From assembly GCA_046482545.1 (NCBI GenBank), contig JAWOEX010000021.1, positions 1 to 64,000 on the forward strand: a stretch of 64,000 nt of DNA, given 5' to 3'. This document shows positions 1-10,159 of this stretch, one piece after another (positions within the stretch are counted from its first letter, which is position 1; each line of letters opens with the position of its first letter). Both the position numbers and the translations under genes were made by a program. Under the pieces are notes generated by a model. That model was not told the origin of the DNA, made no database searches, and worked only from the letters and a program-made list of their open reading frames with translations. Source of the DNA: Candidatus Thorarchaeota archaeon (GTDB lineage Archaea > Asgardarchaeota > Thorarchaeia > Thorarchaeales > Thorarchaeaceae).

Positions 1-142
1 GAACGAATATGGTCCGAAATGGAGGGTTTGAAGAAGAATCCGGGTATGAGGACAAGGACAATGGTATAGGTACGGATCCATCTACCGACAGACTGACTTC
101 GACTACACAGACGATGTTAGTAATGGCACCTACTCATGCAGA

Positions 143-3049
143 ATGAGAGCAGAGGGGGCCGAATATTGGGGCAGTTACTCATATCTCCATAAAGCCTACT
201 ATGCACATGATATGGGATACCTGGGAGAGGGCTCAATGTTCAATTTGTCATACAACATCATTCAGAATCCGGACCTAGCACAAGGAGCAACTGTATACAC
301 CGATTTCAGCTTCTATAACGGCACCACATACTCCCTTTACTACTATCTTTCTAGTTCGACACCACCGAGTTTAAACACCTCAAACAGAGGGTATTATCTA
401 TTCAACACGACAACCTTTGGCGATTGGAATCTCTTTAGCAGGAATATAACAGCAGACTTTGAAGCTGCAATAGGCCCAATCACGACTGACCTTAAGATTA
501 GATATTACTACTTCAGAATTACATCCGTAAGCCATGCCAGTGGCACAAATGAGGTCCTACTGGACGATGTACACCTGAGGAATAGCACAGGTCATGAGTA
601 TATTGATGATGGAGGTTTTGAATCAGGAAACGGAGCAGCATGGTATGATAGTTCAAATAGCGATAAGGGATACTACTCGCACAGCACACAGAACACAGAG
701 GGGGACTACGCCGCCAATCTCACGGTGAAGGCTTCCCGTTCTGGCGTTAGTGGGTATACTGAGGTGTATCATAATCTCAATCGGCGAAGTGGATACTATC
801 CTCTTGGACCGGACACACTTACAGTGCAATTCGATTGGCTGTATGATGATGTTTCTGGCGGAGGAACTAACCAATACGGTCGATACAAACTAGAATTCGA
901 CAATGACACGTTCAGCGGTATAATATACTGGTACCTCGGAATCGACCAGGACCAAGTTCCATCATGGAATTCATCCAGTTCATCATATGTAAACTACCAC
1001 GTAGCAGCGCCAGGCTTTGGCGAACGAGGGGTGTGGAATCACTTTGAAATTGACCTCTATCAGGTCGCTTTAAATTTCAACATCACACAAGTCAACTTCA
1101 ACCAAGGAGAATTCACGGTCCAACAAGGCGAAGAAGCAAATTCATCAGCCACACTCCTTCTGGATCGATACTTGTTCAATGCCTATCCCGCTGGAGATCC
1201 AGGATTCGAAGTCGATTATGCCTGGGTACAAAACATCCCTGGATGGCCTGTATGGTCTGGCAGCATGGCATCATGGAGCCTATCATCCGACTCAATGATA
1301 GGGGATTATGCCGCTAATGCCACACTAACATCTGATGGCACACAAGCGATTTACCGACCATGCACTTTGGAAATTGACCAGTGGACATACACGGATTTCT
1401 GGTGGAGACTGGATGAGATTTCACTCGATTCCGATTACTCATATGCATATATCCAACTGAGGCTCGAAGGGGGTTACTACCTCTACTACATGCTGGGAAC
1501 CAATAACTGGGATAGAAATAATGATTCCAGCACTGCGGTCTATTATGTAGATGGCTTCAATACAACAGGTACTTGGAATAATATCAATCGCAATATCACA
1601 CATGATCTGAACTCGAGCTTGGGCCTTCATAGCTGGAACTTAACACAAATCGTTCTTTATGTTCGGGGAGAGGCAAGTGGAAGAATTTCAGTACTGTTTG
1701 ATGAGATTCATTTTCAGGGTATGAAAGCACCAGAAATTCAGTCCGTTTCCTTGAGTCCTGCAGTACCAGAGTATCACGAAACAGCTAGCGTCGATATCCA
1801 AGCAACAGATAGTATTGCGACAATCGATGTGGTGAACGTTTTCTACCGAGATGACGGTTCATGGATGACGATCGAAGCCGAGTATAACTTCGGGAAGTGG
1901 ACAGCTACCCTTCCAGAACTTGCATACGGACTTGAGAGGCAGTACTATGTTGAAGTTACCGATACATCAGGTATGCAAGACATGGATGACAACGAAGGGG
2001 CATACTACAGCTACATATCCACTGACACGGTGGATCCTACGGTCACGATATCCAGCCCTGACGAAAGCGTAACGGTCGAAGGAGCGGTACAATTCGAAAT
2101 CGCAGCAGAAGACCCAGGAAGTGGTTCGAGCGGCCTGGCCTATCTGGAGGTATGGCAAGGAGAGGTACTCATCTACAATGACAGCTCATCTCCGTTCGAG
2201 TTCACCTGGGACTCAAGAATGACGAGCAATGGTACGAAAAACATTGGAGCTTTTGCCTATGATGCAGCTGGAAACATAGCAACGGACAACATCACTGTTA
2301 ACGTACAGAATGATGTAGCACCACCCCTCGTGTACGGACTGCAAGTGAATCCAACCGCGCCAGAATATGGAGAAGAGGTCACGGTATCATTGGTCTGCTC
2401 TGATGTATCAGGGGTTGAGAACGCTACACTGTATTATGCCGTCGAAGATACTACGGCCTTCAGTGGCGCTCAATCGTGGACAGCTGTTAACATGACTCCC
2501 GAAGGTATGCTGTACTCCGGGTCCATACCGGCTCAAGATTATGGAAAGACCGTACTATATTATCTAGTGGCCTACGATACCTTCGGTCAGGAATCTCCGA
2601 TTGGATCAGACACAGACCCGCTATCATATGTTGTGGCTGATACTCAGGCCCCAACAATGAATGTCTATGCACCCTCATCCTCAGAACCAGTAAGAGGGAT
2701 AGTTGCATTCAATATCACAGCAAACGATGCAGCCAGTGGCATCAGTGAGATTCAATTCTATGTTGATGGCAGCTTGGTCGACGACTCATCAGGCGACTTA
2801 GCATCTTTCCAATGGGATACCACGACCTTGGAGAATGGAGAGCACACTGTCACATTTGTTGCAATTGACGGTGCGGGGAATGAAGTCTCCAGTTCTATCG
2901 AATATGAGGTGCTCAATCCTGATGCCTTTGGGGCTGTTGGAGAATCCCTGTCCAACATTATGGCTTCGTACGGCCTTTTCATTGGGCTGGCCGGAGGGAT
3001 AATGCTTGTATTGGTAATCCAAGCATTGCTCAAGAAGAGAGGCAAGTAG
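143..3049 (+). CDS. Large membrane-anchored surface protein (repeated CBM/jelly-roll-like units, Ig-like domains, C-terminal TM helix); 5'-partial, continues upstream across a frameshift near nt 49
   Basis: Repeated GGFE/PGFE...W...GDYAAN units, D-x-x-P Ig-like starts, many N-x-S/T sequons, hydrophobic C-terminus ending KKRGK. The frame is open back to nt 50, and frame 3 from nt 3 reads TNMVRNGGFEEESGY. Confidence 0.75.
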   Translation: MRAEGAEYWGSYSYLHKAYYAHDMGYLGEGSMFNLSYNIIQNPDLAQGATVYTDFSFYNGTTYSLYYYLSSSTPPSLNTSNRGYYLFNTTTFGDWNLFSRNITADFEAAIGPITTDLKIRYYYFRITSVSHASGTNEVLLDDVHLRNSTGHEYIDDGGFESGNGAAWYDSSNSDKGYYSHSTQNTEGDYAANLTVKASRSGVSGYTEVYHNLNRRSGYYPLGPDTLTVQFDWLYDDVSGGGTNQYGRYKLEFDNDTFSGIIYWYLGIDQDQVPSWNSSSSSYVNYHVAAPGFGERGVWNHFEIDLYQVALNFNITQVNFNQGEFTVQQGEEANSSATLLLDRYLFNAYPAGDPGFEVDYAWVQNIPGWPVWSGSMASWSLSSDSMIGDYAANATLTSDGTQAIYRPCTLEIDQWTYTDFWWRLDEISLDSDYSYAYIQLRLEGGYYLYYMLGTNNWDRNNDSSTAVYYVDGFNTTGTWNNINRNITHDLNSSLGLHSWNLTQIVLYVRGEASGRISVLFDEIHFQGMKAPEIQSVSLSPAVPEYHETASVDIQATDSIATIDVVNVFYRDDGSWMTIEAEYNFGKWTATLPELAYGLERQYYVEVTDTSGMQDMDDNEGAYYSYISTDTVDPTVTISSPDESVTVEGAVQFEIAAEDPGSGSSGLAYLEVWQGEVLIYNDSSSPFEFTWDSRMTSNGTKNIGAFAYDAAGNIATDNITVNVQNDVAPPLVYGLQVNPTAPEYGEEVTVSLVCSDVSGVENATLYYAVEDTTAFSGAQSWTAVNMTPEGMLYSGSIPAQDYGKTVLYYLVAYDTFGQESPIGSDTDPLSYVVADTQAPTMNVYAPSSSEPVRGIVAFNITANDAASGISEIQFYVDGSLVDDSSGDLASFQWDTTTLENGEHTVTFVAIDGAGNEVSSSIEYEVLNPDAFGAVGESLSNIMASYGLFIGLAGGIMLVLVIQALLKKRGK

Positions 3050-3061
3050 TTTCAGTAGAGT

Positions 3062-3097
3062 AACAGAGGGTAGCCAATCCCTCTGTTCACCATTTTT
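3062..3097 (+). terminator. Hairpin plus T-tract between convergent genes
   Basis: aacagaggg (3062-3070) / ccctctgtt (3079-3087) perfect 9-bp inverted repeat followed by caccattttt. Confidence 0.55.
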
Positions 3098-3141
3098 CCT
3101 CGATCCAGAAGACAATTTCCTCTCAGGGAACCTCTACAGTC

Positions 3142-4953
3142 TCAAGGTAGCTTGATATCTTCTATGTCCATCCCTTGTTCTCGCAAGCGCTTGATTGCAA
3201 TCTCATAGGCTTCCAATACATCGGCCTTTGTAACAAACCCGAGCATCTTCCTGGGTTCAGAATTATCAACAACCACTGCATGGCCCTCCTGCCGTTGCAT
3301 CATCGCATGTACGACACTATCCATCTCGGAGGCATTCGAAACCCGCAAAAAATCCGTATCCATCAAATCGCTTACAACCCTCGTCTCAACAGAGGGCATC
3401 ATGGCAAAAAGATCCTCTGTAATTACGGTACCCACAATATTGCCATCAGAATCAATAACTGGATACTTCGTATGATGGGTTGATTCTACTATGTCCAAGA
3501 CCTCATCCGTGCTCATATCAGGTCGGAGAATAGTGGGCTCCTGCGTCATAACCTCCTCAACCTCTACAGCTTTCAGCGCATCGACATAGACGTCCCGTCG
3601 ACGGTGGACTTCCCGCCTGTTGGGTTTCATGGTGTAGATGCTTTCTTCACTGATGAAAGACGACATTAAGTAGGAAGCGGAAACTGCGGCCATTAGTGGA
3701 ACTACCATCAGATAATCGTGAGTCATCTCCACCGTCATCAAGACAGCCGTCATCGGAGCCTTTCCTATTGCTGCAAAGAGAGCCGCCATGCCAACCAAAG
3801 CATATGCCATAGGTTGCTGCACAATCCCCGGAAAGACCAATGAGGTAACCAGACCAAATACACCACCAAGAGCCGCCCCCAAGAACATGGTTGGAGCAAA
3901 TATACCTCCAGAACCTCCCGAACCAAGAGTCAGGGAGGTTGCAATTGCTTTCAAGACCGCAAAAATCAGTAATACTGCGATGCCAACATTGGAGAGCAAG
4001 GAAGTGTTAATGAACACATAGCCAACACCCATAATCGCAGGAAAATAGGGCTCCTGAGGACCGAACACCCCCACATAACCAAAGAACCCTTCCAAATAGA
4101 GTGTAAGAAGACCCAGACTGCCAACAAGTAAACCACCAACCGCTGGTAGAATATAATCAGAAACTTTCAGTTTTTTAAGCAGGTCTTCGAAATAGTAGAA
4201 GCCCCTACTCCAGAGAAAGCTGCCAACACCGAAGAGAAGGCCCATCGCCAAGTAGAATATCAGCTCGACGGGATTTCCGAAGGTGAAGTCTGGAGCGGTG
4301 ATAAATGGAGAGTTACCCAGCAGCACGTTGGAAATCGCTGTCGCCATAACCGTGGAGAGAATGACTGGCACAACCGAGAACCCTGCAATTCCACCAGCAA
4401 TGACTTCGATTCCGAAACACGTCCCACCAAGAGGGGCGTTGAATGTGGCTGCGATGCTAGATGACACCCCGCAGACGAGAAGCGTCTTTCTGTCTTTTTT
4501 GGTCAACCCGAGCTTCGTCGCCGTCACAGAACCGATACCAGCCCCGATTTGGGCCACCGGTCCTACTGTCCCACATGAGCCACCTGAGGATATTGAGAGC
4601 GCTGATGCGATGGTTCTTACAGGCGGGATTCTGGTCCGCATCTTTCCACCACGAAAAGAATATGCAGTGATGACCTGAGGAATACCAAGCTGTTTTGCCT
4701 CAGGTGCTAGGCGAATTGTGATAACAGCCACTGACAAGCCCCCAATAACGGGCGCAACAACCCAGCCTAAGACTCCGACTGTATTCGGGATTGCAGCGAA
4801 CAAGTAGCTAGCAGAGAGAATGAGATACCTGAAAACTACCGCACCTAATCCTGCAAAGGCACCAGTAACGGCTCCAAGAAGGTACAACAGGGAACGGCTC
4901 TTGAATGTCTCTTTCTTCAACACATCGAACAACCTCTCGTCATTTTCTACCAT
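3142..4953 (-). CDS. ClC-family chloride channel/transporter with C-terminal CBS pair
   Basis: FNAPLGG, GGSGGIFAP, EMT and SIYT motifs, multiple TM helices, two CBS domains. Start placed at ATG 4953 (the ORF track starts at 4995). Confidence 0.9.
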   Translation of the reverse strand: MVENDERLFDVLKKETFKSRSLLYLLGAVTGAFAGLGAVVFRYLILSASYLFAAIPNTVGVLGWVVAPVIGGLSVAVITIRLAPEAKQLGIPQVITAYSFRGGKMRTRIPPVRTIASALSISSGGSCGTVGPVAQIGAGIGSVTATKLGLTKKDRKTLLVCGVSSSIAATFNAPLGGTCFGIEVIAGGIAGFSVVPVILSTVMATAISNVLLGNSPFITAPDFTFGNPVELIFYLAMGLLFGVGSFLWSRGFYYFEDLLKKLKVSDYILPAVGGLLVGSLGLLTLYLEGFFGYVGVFGPQEPYFPAIMGVGYVFINTSLLSNVGIAVLLIFAVLKAIATSLTLGSGGSGGIFAPTMFLGAALGGVFGLVTSLVFPGIVQQPMAYALVGMAALFAAIGKAPMTAVLMTVEMTHDYLMVVPLMAAVSASYLMSSFISEESIYTMKPNRREVHRRRDVYVDALKAVEVEEVMTQEPTILRPDMSTDEVLDIVESTHHTKYPVIDSDGNIVGTVITEDLFAMMPSVETRVVSDLMDTDFLRVSNASEMDSVVHAMMQRQEGHAVVVDNSEPRKMLGFVTKADVLEAYEIAIKRLREQGMDIEDIKLP

Positions 4954-5131
4954 AGAGGAATGCAGAACATATGCCAAGAAGAGTCCAGTTAGCAATGATT
5001 AAAGAATTATGCGCATGTTTACACGCTTTGAACCGAGATTCAGAAGTCAGAGTGCTTCTATTTACAGAGCCAATCGATTTCTGAACTAACAGATAGTTAC
5101 CTAGGCTTGAGGAGCGGGATATGATGCCAGT

Positions 5132-5356
5132 CTAGCTTACCGCTGTTCCCGCGATTCCAAGACCGCCACAAGCGAATGTGATTATCCGCAGGGTATCAGG
5201 GGGAACCTGTTCTTGACCAAAGAAGCTGCCAAAAGTGTACTCAGCAGAGTTGGCATAGAAATTTATGAGCTCTAGATTCAGGTAGGCCAGAACAATGATA
5301 CAGATAATCACCACGACCTTCGCCACGATTTTCATAGATATTTTCATGGATAGCAT
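5132..5356 (-). CDS. Small hypothetical membrane protein
   Basis: 74-aa ORF with two hydrophobic segments filling an intergenic gap. Confidence 0.5.
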   Translation of the reverse strand: MLSMKISMKIVAKVVVIICIIVLAYLNLELINFYANSAEYTFGSFFGQEQVPPDTLRIITFACGGLGIAGTAVS

Positions 5357-5526
5357 ACCTCGATTTTGTCAAAACATTGTCTGTTATTCGTTATAATTCT
5401 ATTTGTCGAAAGTAGCTAAGATCATCGCTCAGGAACGAAATCTCATTTCTGCTAGCTTATGGAGAACTCGCCAAAAGTTGGAGAATTGCCATAGTAGGGG
5501 ATTTGGGAGATAAATGGAGCCATCAA

Positions 5527-6315
5527 TTACAGAATCAACAGCCTACCAACCGTGATGAGGCCCAATATAATCGAAAACACACCAACAGCATTGCGCGACA
5601 CGTCTTCATCCAATCGTTTCACAAGTAAGGCCCCTGTAGGGGCAGCCACTGCTCCACTAACAACCAGGACAATCATAGGCTGGATAACGGAAATCAATGC
5701 AAATTTACCGTTCAGTACAAAGTAGATTAGAAAGCCAATTGATGAAATCGTAGCTTCTGAGAATTGTGTAGTGCCCACCGAACTCTTGACTTTAGTACCG
5801 CACATGATTTGGGCACTTGTCACAAGTGGGCCATATCCACCGCCTGCGATTGCTTTGTTGAATCCTCCGATTCCGCTGGCCAGATATATTTTCCACCATC
5901 CTCCGGTGAAACTGAGTTTGAACGGAACGATGATGCCGACAATCAGTAACATAAGGCCAATGTAGAGGAGCATGAACCACTCAGGTAGTGTTACCGCCAG
6001 AGTAGCTGAAAGTATTGCACCAACCACCCCGGTCGCTGTAAAGAGCAAGTAAATCCGGGTCTGTCTGCCTTCACGTACCTTGAAATCCACATTCTCGTAC
6101 ACATGATGAAAAACGGATCCTGAAAGCCCTGCAACTGTCTGCGAAAGAAGAAGGGTAGGGACTACCAAGAGAGGATCGAACCCGAGAAAGACGAAGATGG
6201 GTGTCAGAAGGCTATAACCCATACCAAAGGCATTGTCAACGAAACCACCGAGGAATCCAAGGATTATAAGAAGTAGCTAAACCGACAATCTCGGCTCAAT
6301 CCACGTCTGCACCAT
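5527..6315 (-). CDS. TauE/SafE-family sulfite exporter-like membrane protein with an in-frame TAG at codon 13
   Basis: GFVDNAFGMGY and GGGYGP motifs. ATG at 6315 follows GGAGG, and the frame reads MVQTWIEPRLSV*LLLIILGFLGG (TAG at 6277-6279). Confidence 0.8.
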
Positions 6316-6472
6316 AGACTCCTCCTGTCCTGTCTGTATCATCAGCTGTTTTATCTCTTTCACCTTCAGATAAGCCGTATCTTTGTCCAATTGGGTTATT
6401 TACTCTCTAGGTGCAAAAGAAGTGGCTCTCCAATGGAATAGACTATATGCAACCAGGACAGTTGTGTGGGAT

Positions 6473-6835
6473 ATGATGGACAAATCTGAAGTGAAAACCA
6501 AGGAGGATATCGAACGATTCCTAGAAGGTTATACCGAGTTCGAGAGAGAAGTTTACCTTACAACTTACAGGATTCCTGAGGGCAAGGTCAGCACCTACGG
6601 TCGTATCGCCAAGGAAATCGGAAGACCAAACGCATACAGGGCAGTTGGAAATACACTCCACAAGAACCCCCTTCACCCAATTGTTCCATGCCATCGAGTT
6701 GTTAAACAGGACGGGAGCTTTGGTGGGGACGAGGAAAGGGCTGCAGGGAGACGAAAGCAAGTGAAGAATGAAGGCATACCCATCAGAAACGGAAAGGTGC
6801 AGCTGTCAGAGGACATCATATGGCCTTCAGAATGA
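6473..6835 (+). CDS. ogt: O6-methylguanine-DNA methyltransferase (MGMT)
   Basis: IPEGKVSTYG, RAVG, and active-site VPCHRVV. Confidence 0.92.
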   Translation: MMDKSEVKTKEDIERFLEGYTEFEREVYLTTYRIPEGKVSTYGRIAKEIGRPNAYRAVGNTLHKNPLHPIVPCHRVVKQDGSFGGDEERAAGRRKQVKNEGIPIRNGKVQLSEDIIWPSE

Positions 6836-6918
6836 CTGTGATGAATAGACAGAGTATATGGGACCATGGATACTGATGCAGTTGTCGCAATTACATGGTG
6901 TTATGAATTGAGCGGAAG

Positions 6919-7962
6919 ATGCTAGGATTGAAGGTTCTACAAGCAATTCAAAAAATTCCGAAAGTTGAGTTGCATATACATCTGCTTGGCTCTGTGCGAC
7001 CAACTACACTTGTTGAAATTGTCAAAGCAGAAAGCATAGACACGCCCTATGACAGCCAAGAAGAGATGCAGAGGCTGTTCAAATACCAAGACTTTGGTCA
7101 CTTCATCGAGGTTTACAGCCAGCTTATTGGCCTAATACAGCATGAAGAGCACTTTGAGAAATTAGCATACCAAGTGCTCGAGGATTGTGCGAGCCAGAAC
7201 ATCCGATATGTTGAGCTGAGCTTCTCATCTATAGATCATGTCCAGCAGGGCCTAGAGTTCGATGATATGCTTGATGCAATCAACAGGGGGATTCATGGAG
7301 CTAACCGTGATTTTGGAATTCTTGCTGACATCAGAATCGACCTTGTTCGGAACTACGGTCCTGAAACCGCGATGGAAACACTTGATGCCATTGAAAGGAA
7401 GCCAGACAACATCATCTCAGTGGATCTTGGTGGCAGCGAGGATGAGTTTCCACCAAAACCATTCAAGCGGGTGTATGACAGGGCAAAAGAAATGGGACTT
7501 TATTTAGTAGCCCATGCAGGGGAAGCCGCAGGTCCGCAGTCCATATGGAACGCAATCAGATACCTTGATGTTGAAAGGGTAGGACACGCTGTGTCGGCAG
7601 TGGAAGACACTGATTTGATGGAATACATGAAAGAACATGAAATCGCGATCGAAGCCTGTCCGGTCAGTAATATTAGAACGAGAGCAATCGAGTCAATAGA
7701 AAAGCACCCGGTTCGAACATTCTATGATTACGGTTTATTGGTCACAGTGAACAGTGATGACCCAACACTGTTTCAAACGAATTTGAACAACGAATACAAG
7801 CAACTCCAGACAAGGCTTGGTTTCTCAGTTGAAGAGCTATTTCAACTCTCGCTCAATGCTATTCAGGCCTCATTCTTGCCTGAAACTCGCAAACAGGAGC
7901 TTAGGACAGAGTTCGAAGTAATCTACAGAGATATCTCACATGAAATCTTCTTTCAGGACTAA
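6919..7962 (+). CDS. add: Adenosine/adenine deaminase
   Basis: PKVELHIHL, HAGE, RVGH, CPVSN and NSDDP motifs. Confidence 0.92.
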   Translation: MLGLKVLQAIQKIPKVELHIHLLGSVRPTTLVEIVKAESIDTPYDSQEEMQRLFKYQDFGHFIEVYSQLIGLIQHEEHFEKLAYQVLEDCASQNIRYVELSFSSIDHVQQGLEFDDMLDAINRGIHGANRDFGILADIRIDLVRNYGPETAMETLDAIERKPDNIISVDLGGSEDEFPPKPFKRVYDRAKEMGLYLVAHAGEAAGPQSIWNAIRYLDVERVGHAVSAVEDTDLMEYMKEHEIAIEACPVSNIRTRAIESIEKHPVRTFYDYGLLVTVNSDDPTLFQTNLNNEYKQLQTRLGFSVEELFQLSLNAIQASFLPETRKQELRTEFEVIYRDISHEIFFQD

Positions 7963-8047
7963 GAAACATCACGGCGTAAGAGTAAGAGGAGGTAGAAAGC
8001 TAATGTCTTATGATTATATCCTGCAGAATTGAGAAGGATCGACTACG

Positions 8048-9378
8048 ATGCGGTCTAAGCTAGCCACTTACTTTGAAAAACTCAAAGCTACGTATTGGTT
8101 CATACCTGCAATCATGGTTATAATATCCATCATACTATCATATGTTTGTTTTTCGATTGACAAGGCATATTCAGTGCGTTTTGAGAATATTCTGGGGTGG
8201 ATAGATGTCGAAGATACAGAAGGTGCCTATTCTTTCCTGTCTACTGTTGCGGGATCAATGATTGGTGTCACAGGTATAACATTCTCAATCACGATAGCAG
8301 CACTCGTGCAGGCCTCCACCCAGTATGGCCCTCGGTTACTGAATACCTTTATGCGAGATCGCGGTAACCAGATTGTACTTGGAACCTTCATCTCTACCTA
8401 TACCTACTGTCTCCTCATTTTGCGCAGCGTTGACAGCACCCCTGGAGTTGTTTTCATTCCGAGATTCTCACTATTTGTTGCAATGGTATTGACGATGATG
8501 GTGTAGGGGTCCTAGTGTACTTCTTCCATCACGTTGCCACATCAATGCAGGCAGAAAATATCATCGCAGAAGTCGGGCGTGACCTTGAAGGTGCTATCGA
8601 ACGGCTGTTCCCAGAATCAGTAGATTACAGCATCTATCCATACACCTTGAGAAACGAAAGAGATCTTGCAAAGGTGTTTGAAGAAGAAACTGGGTCATTC
8701 ATAGGATCCGAAATAAGCGGATACTTGCAGGCGATTGATTCCGACGCACTTGTCAAAATCGCAGAGAAACATGACGTGACGATGCGCATTGCTCGCCAAC
8801 CTGGTGATTTCGTGACAAAAGATGGTGAACTCGTGAGGTTTCCCCCCATTGATGATGGCATTGATGAGATAACCAAAGAAGTGGTCGATGCATTCATCAT
8901 AGGTGACCAGCGATTGCGCATAAACGATGTGGAATTCACAGTGAATCAGCTTGTCGAAATTGCTGTGCGCGCTCTCTCCTCAGGGGTAAACGACCCATTC
9001 ACTGCTATGGCCTGTATTGATCAGCTGGCATCGGGTCTCGTCGCTCTGGTAAAACGAAGTATTCCAGCCGGCTATTATTACGATAGTGAGGACAGGTTAC
9101 GCGTGATAACTGACCCGTTAACGTTCGCGGGAATCATTGAGGCCGCATTTAATCAAATCCGGCAGAATGGTTATTCAAGTGTGGCTGTCACCATTCGCCT
9201 GCTAGAAGCAATCAAGACGATTGCCCCACATACTCGTACCAGAGAGCAGAAAGTGACACTTTCCAAGCAAGCAGAAATGCTTCGTCATGCAAGCCAACAA
9301 GAGGTCCCAGGAAAATGGGACAGAGAAGACATAGAAGAGAGATACCAGGAGGCTATGCAGACACTTGGGCAAGCATAA
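8048..9378 (+). pseudogene. DUF2254-family membrane protein split by a 1-nt frameshift near 8501
   Basis: ASTQYGPRLL, LGTFISTY and RALSSGVNDPFTA motifs lie in two frames. Adding one G (atg ggt gta ggg gtc cta gtg tac) fuses them. Confidence 0.8.
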
Positions 9379-9487
9379 TACCTCAGTATCGCTTCTGGCA
9401 TTTTGGTATCCTTTCATTCCATGCCTTCTATGACTACTCCCGAAGATGAACCAGACCAAGCGGTCACTGGTTTAGAATCTGGCTGAT

Positions 9488-10042
9488 TCAATTATTCGGA
9501 ATAGTGAAAGTTCTATTCACTGGCTCCAAGTCAAGATCCACCACAGGCTCATCGAAACCCGGGAGAGTTATCTTAATCATGATAACGATTGAAAGATGGA
9601 ATTCACCCGAAGTTTCAATTCCTTCATCAGGGCCCAAAGTAGTTTCAACAATTTTTTCACCGGTTCCTTCAGCATTTCCCGGTTCCAAAGTAATTTCAAT
9701 TGTGCGATTGGATGGTGTCTCAAGGGTAAAGATTATGGAGATATCAACAATAGCTTCATCCTCGGTGTTTTCTTCGTTCATTTCCGTACGACCTGTCACA
9801 CCGGTAATCACATATTGGTAGCTATTCATAGAATCTACTTCAACCTCTACCTGAGACACCCCTACCCCAAAATCCGGAATCTGGGCAGAATCGACTCCTA
9901 GGCTCCCTAATGCGCCGCTACTTACATTCAATCCCATACTGACGCTTGCAACATCGACTTCTAAGCCATAGATGGCAATTGGTGCAATAGCCGCGGCTGC
10001 AATGATTACGATAACGATTACTCCAGCTGTCTTTCTATTCAT
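9488..10042 (-). CDS. Hypothetical protein with N-terminal membrane anchor and acidic beta-rich extracellular domain
   Basis: MNRK plus hydrophobic stretch; 184 aa. Confidence 0.7.
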   Translation of the reverse strand: MNRKTAGVIVIVIIAAAAIAPIAIYGLEVDVASVSMGLNVSSGALGSLGVDSAQIPDFGVGVSQVEVEVDSMNSYQYVITGVTGRTEMNEENTEDEAIVDISIIFTLETPSNRTIEITLEPGNAEGTGEKIVETTLGPDEGIETSGEFHLSIVIMIKITLPGFDEPVVDLDLEPVNRTFTIPNN

Positions 10043-10159
10043 AATTAATCACATCGACCATGCTACCTTTAATTTCGTGGTGTATTGACTTAAATCATTG
10101 CACAATCGAATCATTCCTAAAATCGAATGGGTTTCTATTTCATGCCAAAACAATCCAAG

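Noticed and set aside
6330-6375. GCTGATGA upstream of tauE resembling the 3' end of a fluoride riboswitch
   Set aside because: The matching 5' GGxGATGG stem and pseudoknot partner are not present.
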